Assembly: GCA_964016885.1 (NCBI GenBank)
Contig: OZ024742.1
Span: 312,604,001 to 312,668,000 of the forward strand
DNA length: 64,000 nt
Direction: 5' to 3'
Source: Eledone cirrhosa
Taxonomy: Eukaryota
The position numbers and the translations under genes were made by a program. Of the stretch, positions 53,293 through 64,000 are shown one piece after another. The notes beneath the pieces are model-generated. The model was not told the origin of the DNA. It saw only the letters and a program-made list of their open reading frames with translations, and did no database searches. Position 1 is the stretch's first letter. Each line of letters begins with the position of its first letter.

Positions 53293-54160
53293 ATCCAAAA
53301 CTGAGAGCTATATCTAACTTAAGTTTACCTTAAAATCTTCATGAACGTGTGTGTGTGTGTGCATGTGTGCATGTGTGCATGTGTTCATGTGTGTGTGCAT
53401 GTGTGTGTGTGTGTGCATGTGTTTGTGTGTGTGTGCATGTGTTTGAGTGTGTGTGTATGTGTGCTTGCATGAGTACGTGTATGTGTGTGTGACCAAGATC
53501 CTAGATGAACCCTCAGTATGAGGTAAAGCACAAATAAGAGCAGCAGCAACAAACTCCCTTTTGTATCAATGGCCAACCATGGAAGACTGGCTATAGAAAG
53601 TGTTGAATCGATGGCGGTGCTGCAGCATGGCCTCAACTCCTCGGCTGGAACATAAAATACAAAATACAAATATATGTATGTATATGTGTAATTCATGGGT
53701 TTATATTGGAGAAGAAGGATATTGGACAGAACATGACAAATGCTTTTATGTTTCCCTTGGTGTCTTCCAGAAATTGTGGATGTTTGAAATCAATATATAC
53801 ATTAATTAAATTTTATCAATATATAATCGCGTTAAATATATTTTTTAAAATGACAATTCATTGAAGATTTTCATTGACAACGGAATGCCTTTTATATGTG
53901 TAACCTAATATAACTTGCCTGTATCCATGTATACATGTATGTGTCTATACATATATGTACATATATGTATGCATGTATGTATGTACCTATACATGTATGT
54001 CGTGTGTGTGTATAGATATGTTTATGTGTGTGCGTGTGTGTGTATATATATATGTATATGTATATTATTATTGTTGTTGTTGTCGTTATTATTATTGTTG
54101 TTATTATCATTATTGTTATTAATGTATATGTGTGTATGTATATATGTGTGTATGTATGTA

Positions 54161-54203
<43 letters not shown>

Positions 54204-54404
54204 CTTTTTTTTTATTTTATTTTATTTTTTTATTTTTTTATTATTTTTTTTTTTTCTTCTCCTCGTGCAATGGCCATACTCGATAACGAGGGGGCAGCCA
54301 TCATACATGTATGTATGTATAGATATATGCATGTATGTATGTATGTATACATGTTTGTATGTGCATGTATGTATACATGTTTGTATGTGCATGTATGTAT
54401 ATCA

Positions 54405-54710
54405 CCTTCATGGTTAAGGTATTCAGCTCATAATTGTAAGGTTGTGAGTTCGATTCCTGGTGGCATGTTGTGTTTTTGAGCAAGACACTTTATTTCATGT
54501 TGCTCCTTTCCACTCAGCTGGCAAAAATGAGTTTTACCTGCAATTCGAAGGGTCAGCCATGTCACATTCTGTGTCACACTGAATCTCCCTGAGAACTATG
54601 TTATGGATATGTGTGTTTGTAGAATGCTCAGCCACTTGCATGTTAATTTCACAAGCAGGCTGTTCCATTGATCGGATCAATTGGAATACTCATTGTAACC
54701 AACAGTGCCA
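54405..54710 (+). mobile_element. Family C-related SINE with a third type of 3' half
   Basis: GGTTGTGAGTTCGATTCC head and TTGAGCAAGACACTTTA body. The 3' part CAGCC.TGTCACA...GAATGCTCAGCCAC is also seen at ~61975 and ~62315. Confidence 0.7.
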
Positions 54711-55483
54711 TTCACTCCTTCATGTACGTACATATATATGTCAGCGCTACTGATAACATGTAACCCAGTACAACCTTTGCATGGTTGGGTCATCAGTGAC
54801 TAAACAGGCAGTCCCATCAAGCTTACTTGGTGAGTGGGGTGATTTTGGAGACCCTGTAGGATGACAAACAAGACTTGTCAAAGGGCAAAGGAACTCAGGC
54901 GAGTCAATCGCCATACAATAAAGATTTTTTTTTTGTGGAACGAGAGACTCCAAGTCTCCATTAAGACATCTCTCTAGGAGAAAGTCACTCTGATATAAAA
55001 CCTCCGACTTTGTTTGCAACCAATCATGTAGACCAGTTCTACTGGGTAAATGCATTTCATGTTGAGAGAATGAGATTGGCCCCATGCAAAGTCTTTCCTC
55101 ACTTAAAAAAGCTTCAAGCACAAGCATCGCTTGATATGTGACATGTTTTGTGATGCATGGTATTGCTGGCCATAGGCAAGTCCCTAGCAGTACGAAAAAG
55201 TCACATTCGTGATACTCATGCTTAAGTATCAAGCGATGGCATTACTTGAAATCGAGTTGCAGCCATCATGTATTTATACAAGTATGTTTGTATGTATAGA
55301 TGCATGAATGTCTGTCTGCCTGTATGTATGGATGTCTGTTTGTATGTATGTATGCATGTATCTATATATGTTTGTATGTGTGTATGTATATATGTATATA
55401 TTATGTATGCATGAATGTCTGTCTGTATGTATGCAAGTCTCTTTACATGTATAGATGTATATGTGCATGTATGTATATATGTA

Positions 55484-55907
55484 GGCGCATGGCTTAGTGG
55501 TTAGACCATTGGGCTTGCAATCGAAAGGTTGTGAGTTCAATTCTAAGACCGAGTGATGTGTTGTTTCCTTGAGCAAGACACTTTATTTCAAATTGCTCCA
55601 GTTTACTCAGTTGTAGAAATGAGATGATAGGACTGGGGTCCCTATCATTCCACTGCAAAGTGGTCGTGGAGGTGCCATGGCAAAAAAGCACCCAGCCCAC
55701 ACTGTAAAGTGGACGTGTAGGCGCCACGGAAAAAAAAGCACCCAGTACTCACTGTAAATGAAGTTGGTGTTAGGAAGGGCATCCAGCTGTAGAAATCAAG
55801 CCATAATCAGTTCCCGTATGAGCAAGACAAGGTCAGCCGACCGGACACTGCCCACAACAGGACAACCCGTCTAACCATGCTAGCATGGAAGAACGGACGT
55901 AAAACGG

Positions 55908-55948
<41 letters not shown>
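55484..55948 (+). mobile_element. Full-length family C SINE with RTE-family-1-type tail
   Basis: Head and body nearly identical to 46742, but the tail continues TATGAGCAAGACAAGG...AACCATGCTAGCATGGAAGAACGGACGTAAAACGGT(GAT)n. Confidence 0.88.
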
Positions 55949-56014
55949 CATGTGTGTATATATGCATGTATGTATGTAAACATGTATGCATGCATACATG
56001 TATGTATCTATATA

Positions 56015-56072
<58 letters not shown>

Positions 56073-56075
<3 letters not shown>

Positions 56076-58872
56076 CTTCAAAAGTGACAATCACCTGATC
56101 ACCTATAGATCCGGGGAACACACAAGCCAGGTAGATTATATCCTTACCAGAAGACGTGACAGAGTGTCTGTTGTAAACACTAAATCCCTCCCCCATGAAG
56201 AATGCACCTCCCAACATAGACTGATAATTAGCGACCTCATAGTCAGGATTAGACGTACTCGACAGCAGAAGAGGACTATCCTCAGGAGAAAAATATGGAA
56301 ACTAAAGGACCCCACAGCCAGAAATAAATTTCAAAGCATATTACTTGATGCTTTTGACAGTAAGGAAGAGCATTTACAGTCGGACAATATAGAGGGACAG
56401 TGGGAATTTCTGAAAGCAAACCTGCTGATGGCGACAGACGAAGTCTGTGGCTGGAGCAGGCCTCTAGGCAGGAGGAGAGTAACATGGTGGTGGAACAGTA
56501 GGGTGGAGGGGTCAATTAAGGCCAAAAAGCAGGCTTGGAAAGTATGGCGGGATGGGGGAAGTAGAGAAGACTATCAAGTGGCCAGGAGGGAGGCTAGGAG
56601 ACAAGTGTACTTCGCAAGAAGGGAAGCAGAGGAAAGAAAGTTCAAGCATGTTCTACAACGCGAGGACCAAAAACGTGAGGTGTTCAGGATTGCTAGGCAA
56701 TGTGTCAAGGAAAACCGTGATATTGTCGGGGAGAAGTGTGTACTTAATGATGACGGCGTACTTGCCATCACTGACGCTGATAAGAAGGTAGCTTGGAAGT
56801 GTCACTATGAAAGGCTACTAAATGAGGAGAAAAAATGGGAGAAAGACAGTCTCCCCCACATCGACCCAATAGAGGGACCAGCAGTGTTAGTCGAGGGTAG
56901 TATAATAAGTAAGGCAATCAAGGATATGAAGACGGGTAAGGCGGCTGGGCCTTCGGAAATAGTTGCTGAGATGCTGAAGGCATCTGGCTCGGTGGGACAC
57001 ACCTTGGTCACCCGGATAGTTAACCAAGTCGGACAGAATGGGGTTGTTCCGAAGGACTGGCATAGCAGCATCATCGTTAACTGTTATAAGGGTAAAGGAG
57101 ATGCCCTAGATAGGAGTAACTATAGAGGCATTAAATTAATCGACCAGGTCATGAAGGTCACGGAAAAAGTAATAGCGCAACTAATCAGAGAGAGAATTGA
57201 CCTAGATGAAATGCAGTTCGGGTTTGTGTCAGGCAAAAGTACCACAGACGCTCTTTTCATTGTACGTCAACTACAGGAGAAGTACCTAGCTAAAGGTAAA
57301 CCCCTCTACTTAGCTTTTGTTGACTTGGAGAAAGCCTTCGACAGAGTCCCCCGTTCCATTATCTGGTGGGCCCTTAGAAAACTAGGTGTCGACGAATGGC
57401 TTGTGAGAGCTATACAAGCCATGTATAAAGAAACAGTCAGCAAGGTTAGAATTAACAACGAATATAGTGAAGAGTTTAGCGTAAAAGTTGGCGTCCATCA
57501 GGGCTCTGTTCTCAGCCCCCTACTATTTATTATTGCCCTTCAGGGTATAACAGAGGAGTTCAAGACCGGCTGCCCATGGGAACTCCTATACGCAGACGAC
57601 CTGACACTCATAGCTGAATCAATGGCCGAGCTAGAGAAGAAATTCCAAACATGGAAGCACGGCCTAGAATCAAAAGGCCTTAAAATTAACCTGGCTAAGA
57701 CTAAAGTTCTAGTTTGTAGGAAAGAAAATAAGGCGGCGGTCCCTTCCGGGAAATGGCCATGCTCAGTGTGTAGGAAAGGCGTAGGTAGAAACTCCATTTT
57801 ATGTCCCAAATGCAAAGTATGGGTGCATAAAAGATGTAGTGGGATCACAGGTAAGCTAACTAAGAACTTAGATTTTACATGTGGGCGGTGCTCTGGTGCA
57901 ATAAGTAGCAGTGAGTGCCCACAAAATACTAACTCTTTCAACTGCGCAGAGGGCTCTATAGTACAGTAGCTAGAGTCAGAACTGGATGGAAAAAGTTCAG
58001 AGAGCTTATACCACTATTAGCCGCTAAAGGGTTCTCCCTAAAAATGAAAGGCAGGTTGTAGGATGCCTGCATACGAACAGCAATGTTGCATGGCAGTGAG
58101 ACCTGGGCATTGTGTGCAGAGGATATACGCAGACTAGAGAGGAACGAAGCTTGCATGCTCCGCTGCATGTGTAATAGTAATATACGTGAACAGCAAAGCA
58201 TAAACGAACTAAGGAAAAAATTAGAAATAAGAGGGATCAGATGTTGTTTACTCGAGAGAAGGCTACATTGGTACGGACACGTGATACGCATGAAAGTCGA
58301 TAGCTGTATAACAAAGTGCAGGGCAATAAAGATAGACGGTAGCCACGGAATAGGCAGACCTAGAAAATCCTGGGACGAGCTGATAAACTCCGACCTCACA
58401 CACTTACACCTCTCCAAGACAATGTCACTGGACCGAGACCTTTGGCGGTACTCAGTAATAGAGAAGACCCGCCTTACCTAAATACATAGTAAAACCTACT
58501 ACAGCCAGTAGGCATCTCTAACAAAATACACCCCCGTCCCACCACCCACACCCCATCCACACCACCCCCTCCTATGTAAAGTTATGTTGGTGCCACAACA
58601 TCCAGGCCGAAACAAATGAGATCGTGTAGGTGTCACGACAAAAAAACACACAGTCCACGCTGTAATGTGGCCATGTAGGCAACACGGTAAAAACCTCCCA
58701 GTCCCACACTGTAAATGTGGTTGGTGTTAGGAAGGGCATCCAACTGTAGAAAACCTGCCAGGCAGTCCTATGCGAGCAAGACAATCACTCTTGCCTCAAG
58801 TGGGAATACCCCCGTCCAAACCCATGCAAGCATGGAACACGGACGTTAAATGTTGATGATGATGATGATGAT
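56073..58872 (+). mobile_element. Longest RTE LINE copy (family 1): end of APE, RT, PHD-like finger, C-terminus, ~390-bp 3'UTR
   Basis: [73 protein letters not shown]. Small deletion at ~57961 and a stop at 58059; 5' end in (TA)n. Confidence 0.96.
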
Positions 58873-58889
58873 ATATATATATATATGTT

Positions 58890-60720
58890 GTTATGCTTTG
58901 GGAGGGTCATGTTGCCAATAAGAAACACACACACTGGTGGGGGCCAGTATAAAATTAACCCTTAAGGAACATATGTTCAAATTTAATGGAAAAACATATG
59001 CCCAAGAGGAGGGAGCAGCCATTGGTGTTAGCATTGCAAGTGACATAGCTCACCTATTCATGGTATGGTGGGACAATAAACTTAAACTTAAACTTAACGA
59101 ACAATTAGAAGACAGCAACCTCTTAACCCTGATAATGTACCCCCGCTACGTTGATGATATAAACATTGTAGTAAAATCACCCCCACTAGAGAACAGTCAG
59201 GAATTAGAGAAAAACACCATGGAAAGCATCCAGCAAATAGCTAACTCCATCCACCAGAGTATTAAAGTTACTATAGACTACCCAAGCAAACACCCCAACC
59301 ATCGATTACCTGTACTAGACACAGAGCTCTGGTTAGAAACCATTAATAACAAAAAACAAATCCTCCATTCCCATTATGCCAAACCCATGACTTCCAAATA
59401 TCTAATCCACCGAAACTCAGCTGTTTCTGATCACACCAAAATCAACATACTGATTGCGGATTTGGTACGGGTGATGAGAAACATGTCCCGCATGTGCAAC
59501 CCCAAAGAACTAGAGAGACACATACAACACTTCATCCACCTTATGCAGTTCTCTGGTTACAATCAGAGAGATAAAATCAGAGTATATAGAGGAGCCAGAA
59601 CCAAATGGGAAAAAATGGTAAATAATGATAGGAGCAAATGGCAAATAATGTATAGGAGCAAATTTTGGAATAGAATAGAAAGAACTAGGAATAAGGTTAA
59701 TAGAATAAACTCATGGTATGATAGCAATAAATACCAGAGTGTAATGTTCATCAATACAACCACCCCTAGAGGTGAATTAGCTTACAAATTTAGAAGGGCC
59801 CTAGATAAACATAAACTTAATATTAAGATAGTAGAAAGACCAGGTACCTCCATTAAAAACACTTATTAGCAATACATACCCTTTTCAAAGATCACCCTGT
59901 ATAGATAAAAAATGCTTAATCTGTAAACTAAGCCTCCATATTAACTGTAAAACTAGAAATGTAGTATATAGCATAAGATGTACTGAAGGACAATGTAAAG
60001 ATAAGAATATAGTGTACATAGGTGAGACAGCTCGTAGTATAGGAGAACGGTTAAATGAACACTGGCGAGAACTTCAAGATAAAAAAGAATCATCAATACT
60101 CCACTAACATGCTAAAATAGAACATAAGGGCAAATTAGAGAACATAGAAATAAAAATAGAATCTACACACAGAAAAGACGCAATGTTTAGACAAATCACA
60201 GAGGCAATAAGCATAAATGAACTCCAACCAAAATTAAATAGAAAACATGAATTGAATAGCAACATCACAACTTACAATTAAGGACAAAATGAAAACACAC
60301 ATACACATAGAACAAACAACCAACCAGTAACATGTAAATAAACAAATAAATAAACAAATATAAACACACACAGACACCCGGATGTAACACATGCACAAAC
60401 TAAGCACACAACACACACAAAAACAAGATGGCGTAGGACAGAACAAAGGAGAGGCACAAAAACAAAGAAAAGAATCCCCAGTCAATGAAGAGGTCATAGA
60501 ATGTGTGACGAAAGAACTTTGACAATATATGAACAACCGTCCGGTTATGGAACCAACCAACCAACCGGAAATTTATAAATTTAATTTATAATAAATTGGA
60601 GTGAAAGCAACTGGTGCGTGTGTTTCTTATTGGCAACATGACCCTCCCAAAGCATAACCATATCGGTTTCAACAGACGTTTTCAGATAAAGAATCTTGCT
60701 AAACAAATTCAGAAACGAAA
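58890..60720 (+). mobile_element. 5'-truncated Penelope-like element (Naiad-like RT + GIY-YIG) with an inverted pLTR fragment at its 5' end
   Basis: QEEGAAIG, FMVWWD, RYVDD, DYPSKH..RLPVLD, YAKPM, MQFSGY. After a frameshift: C..KKCLIC...NCKTRNVVYSIRC...C...VYIGETARS...LNRKHE, stop at 60281. 58890-58934 is the reverse complement of 60614-60658. Confidence 0.93.
60481..60523 (+). ncRNA. Degenerate minimal hammerhead in the PLE pLTR
   Basis: GTCA-ATGAAGA-GGTCAT...GTGAC-GAAA-GAAC-TT-TGAC; helix I GTCA/TGAC; C3 is replaced by A. Confidence 0.6.
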
Positions 60721-60804
60721 TATATATATATGTGTGTGTGTATGTATGTATGTGTGTATGTATGAATATCTCTCTGTATGTATATCTCTCTGAATGTATG
60801 TATG

Positions 60805-60844
<40 letters not shown>

Positions 60845-61329
60845 TGTCTGTATGTGTACATGCTTGTATATATCTTCCCGCCCATTATTGATATTCATTC
60901 ATTACCTATAGATATGTAAATAACATCAGATATGTTATATAAACTGAACACTCAACATTTAGTCTAAGTTTGTATGTTTTTCACACGCCCAACAAATTGT
61001 TTTCTCATATCCTAATATTTTTATTATGAATGTGTGAATAAGTCCCTTTCTTCTTATCACTCTAGCTTGTTATATATACAATATGATAGAACCTCTAGCC
61101 TGCTCTATATTTACTGCTGACAACTTAAAGGTGAAGGTTTACATCATATCGGATATAATGCATATGGTTAAGAATGAATTCAGCGTAGCCAAGTGGTTAA
61201 AGTGTTTGCTTCATCATAATAAGTTTCTGGGTTTATAAATGTTGGGTTCATAAAAGAGGTGATAAAAGCTTACCTTGCCCATTTACAGCTTTCAAAGGGA
61301 ATGACACAGGACCGAAGATGAAGCATATG

Positions 61330-61832
61330 TATAATATGCTCCATACCAACATACCCACTCCCATTACATCTCCCATGAGGACAAGCTGAAGTATAAATCC
61401 AGTGGAGCCTCCAGTCCACACTGTAAAGTGGTCGTAATGGCAACACGACAAAAAGCGCCCAGCCCACACTGTAAAGTGGTTGTGTTGGTGTCACGGCAAA
61501 AAATGCTTAGCCCACTCTGTAAAGTGGTTGTGTTGGTGTCACGGCAAAAAGCACGCAGTCCACACTGTACAGTGGTCATGTATGGCAAAAAGTGCCCAGC
61601 CCACACTGTAAAGTGGTCATATAGGCGTCATGACATAAAGCACTCAGCACACACTGTAAATGAGTTTGGCGCTAGGAAGGGCATCCAGCTGTAGCGACCA
61701 AGCCAAAATCCATTCTGTATGAGTATGACATGGTCCCCTTACCTAGCATTGCTCACAATAGGATAATTCTTCTAACCCATGCTGGCGTGAACAGATGGAT
61801 ATTAATCAGTGGTGATGATGATGATGATGATA
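61330..61832 (+). mobile_element. RTE-3'UTR-derived element with ~6 tandem ~45-bp modules
   Basis: Homologous to 34240-34828 (GAGGACAAGCTGA.GTATA...CCAG.CCACACTGTAAAGTGGTC modules, (GAT)n tail). Confidence 0.8.
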
Positions 61833-62009
61833 ATATTCAATCTCACTGCATGGCAATCTTTGGCAAGAGTCATTTACCATAGCCTCAGGTTGACTCAAGT
61901 CTTGTGAATGAAATTAAGTAGATAGATATTGTCTGGAAGCCTGCCAGATGGGTTGTACCTGTGATTCAAATGACCAGCCCTGTCACATGCTGTATCTTAC
62001 TGAATTTCT

Positions 62010-62285
62010 GTGGTAGAGCCTGTAGCAGTGGAGACATCCAACACTTTTGGTCCCTGGAACACATCCCTGCTCGTTGCTATTGGAGCAGAGTTGGCTATCT
62101 CTGCAGGATCCCACGAGGTGGAGTGGCTGTTCCAATGTGTCTCCTTCACCATTCTCCGGGGCAATTATTCTCCATCCTGTTGGCTGGGACCCAGAGGCAG
62201 TGGGTAAGTTAGTTGGTAGTGGCGGATACTCATTTGAATGTCACTTTCACACATGTATTGTGTGCCTTTTTTAAAACTGTTGTAT
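62010..62285 (+). mobile_element. 3' fragment of a CRE-like non-LTR element inserted in a SINE
   Basis: VEPVAVETSNTFGP...IGAELA...EWLFQCVSFTILRGN resembles the CRE-clade RLE C-terminus. The flanks join into the SINE 3' half seen at 54555-54640. Confidence 0.6.
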
Positions 62286-63099
62286 TAATTACATTAAGGG
62301 TATGTGTATCTGTGGAATGCTCAGCCACCTACACTATTCCATAGTGAAGAAGTTCACTTCATAATTACATAAGTTCTTGTTCTATTTCACATGATAATAT
62401 CTTGGACAAGTGTCTTCTACTATAGTCAGAGTTGACCAATACTTTGTGAGGAGAATACTATGCTTGTGGAAGCATGTTGCATATGTACGTGTGTAGGGCT
62501 GGATTGTATATGTATGTGTGTAGGGCTGGATTAATCATTTAGCAAAATAAGTACATGTTTAGAACATCAAGGGAAGAGAAACATTAATTTGTTTAAATTA
62601 AATGTATTTGTCATTCAAAGAAAAAGAAAAATGTTTTTGCAGACTTTATTTATGGGAGTAGGTGGTGTATTGTCAGAGTCATTACAATGTTGAATAGAAT
62701 GCTTTGCAGTATTCATTCCAGCTCTCTGCTCTCTCAGTTCAAATCCTGCTGAGATCAACATAGCCTTTCATCCATTCAAGGTCAATAAAAAAAAGTAGCA
62801 GTCTAGTACTGGGTTGATTCTTCTTCTATATTTCTTTCTCTATCCATTTCTGGAAGAAATCAATTGTACTCAATCCTGGAGAAGGAGTGGGCTCCAGCAG
62901 GTTTAAAAATGCCCTAAGAAATGCTGTATGTCAATATGGTGTCCCTATAACACCCTTAGGAATTATGGGTCCATTCCATATCATATATGGGAATGGAGAT
63001 TTTACCATAATCATTTTTAAGTGCTTAAGGCCTCAGAAGGATGTAATCTGGTCCTCTGTTTGTGGTGGGTGCATGTTTCACTGATATTTATCAACAAAG

Positions 63100-63252
63100 A
63101 ATGCTGAGTTCAAATTCTGCCAAGGTTAGCTTTTCTTTTCATTCTTGTGGGGTCAATAAAATAAAGTACCAGTAATGCACTGGGCTTGATTTAATCGACT
63201 TTCCCCTCCCCACAAATTGCTGGCCTTGTGCCAAAAGTAAAAACAATTATTA
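63100..63252 (+). mobile_element. Family A SINE; other copies at ~13670, 27795, 37250 (-), 48880, 62660
   Basis: GAGTTCAAAT...GGGGTCAATAAAATAAAGTACCAGTAATGCACTGGG...GGCCTTGTGCC. Confidence 0.8.
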
Positions 63253-64000
63253 TTTTTTAATATTTTGTTAAATTTCTTTAACACTTAGTAAATGAAGATG
63301 CGCTGTGGTTATATGACGTGTTCATAAGTTCAAACCTTGCTTAAATCCTGTTACCATGTATAATGCCTTAGGCAAGGGATATAATAAATCTGATAGACTG
63401 GTTGACATCAACTACAACATTTATTTTACGTTTGAATGAATAACATTAGGAAAGGCAGCAAAAAACAATTATTTCTATAATATGTATAATTGATCCCTGT
63501 CATGCTAGCATAAAATGAATAGATAATTGATTAAAAAATAAGAAAGAATTTATAATAAAAGTAGCAAAGAGCCAAACATATCAAATGATGTATATAAGAA
63601 TACCTTGCAGGGTAGAAATAGAAATCATATATAAATTATACAGGTATCAAGAGAAAAATGTTTAATGTTCGACATAGTTTGTTTAATTTGATTGTATGTC
63701 AAACATTCAGTGCATTATTAAATAGATCCAGCATATTACATCAACAGCCAACCACTGGAACAGAACATTCACAATTTGTGATTTAATTCTATATACATAT
63801 ATTGTCTTTAACTGCATTTATTGTGTACAGTGTATAATTGATTTTTTTGCGAAAACATGTTGTAGTCTACAATTGGATTGTGTGTTAATTATACAGTTAC
63901 ATTATGCCTACAGAATGTATAGCCGACAGGTCACATTAGATATTAGATCTGCTAGGGCACACACACACAGACACTGAGTAATCTGAACGTGTAAATAACA

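Noticed and set aside
55954-56072. N-termini of ORFs 55954-57969, 49077-49847 and 47794-48294
   Set aside because: The (YI)n/(YV)n leaders are read-through of (TA)n microsatellites; the real homology starts at the truncated TE boundary.
59860-60281. Possible selenocysteine-encoding Naiad PLE
   Set aside because: All conserved cysteines in the Zn-knuckle and GIY-YIG region use TGT/TGC; the only internal stop is TAA, so there is no in-frame UGA evidence.

Overview
AT-rich, repeat-dense animal DNA. The SINE/RTE/Penelope repertoire suggests a coleoid cephalopod such as Octopus (inference). The only clearly recognisable host gene is a single-exon CDS for splicing factor SF3B5 (17900-18157, +). 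The rest is a mosaic of tRNA-derived SINEs, RTE LINE copies carrying a PHD-like zinc finger, CR1-, HERO- and CRE-like fragments, three different Penelope-like elements (PLEs), piggyBac-, hAT- and mariner-type MITEs, two non-autonomous Helitrons, 85-bp and 108-bp minisatellites and long microsatellites. The most striking unannotated signal lies between about 39 and 60.7 kb: 12 type I hammerhead ribozyme (HHR) motifs read by eye on both strands. Several sit in short non-coding fold-back elements inserted into (TA)n tracts. One is a 319-bp tandem, retrozyme-like unit whose HHR has a compensated U3-A8 core. Repeat coordinates are approximate; no alignments or folding computations were run.
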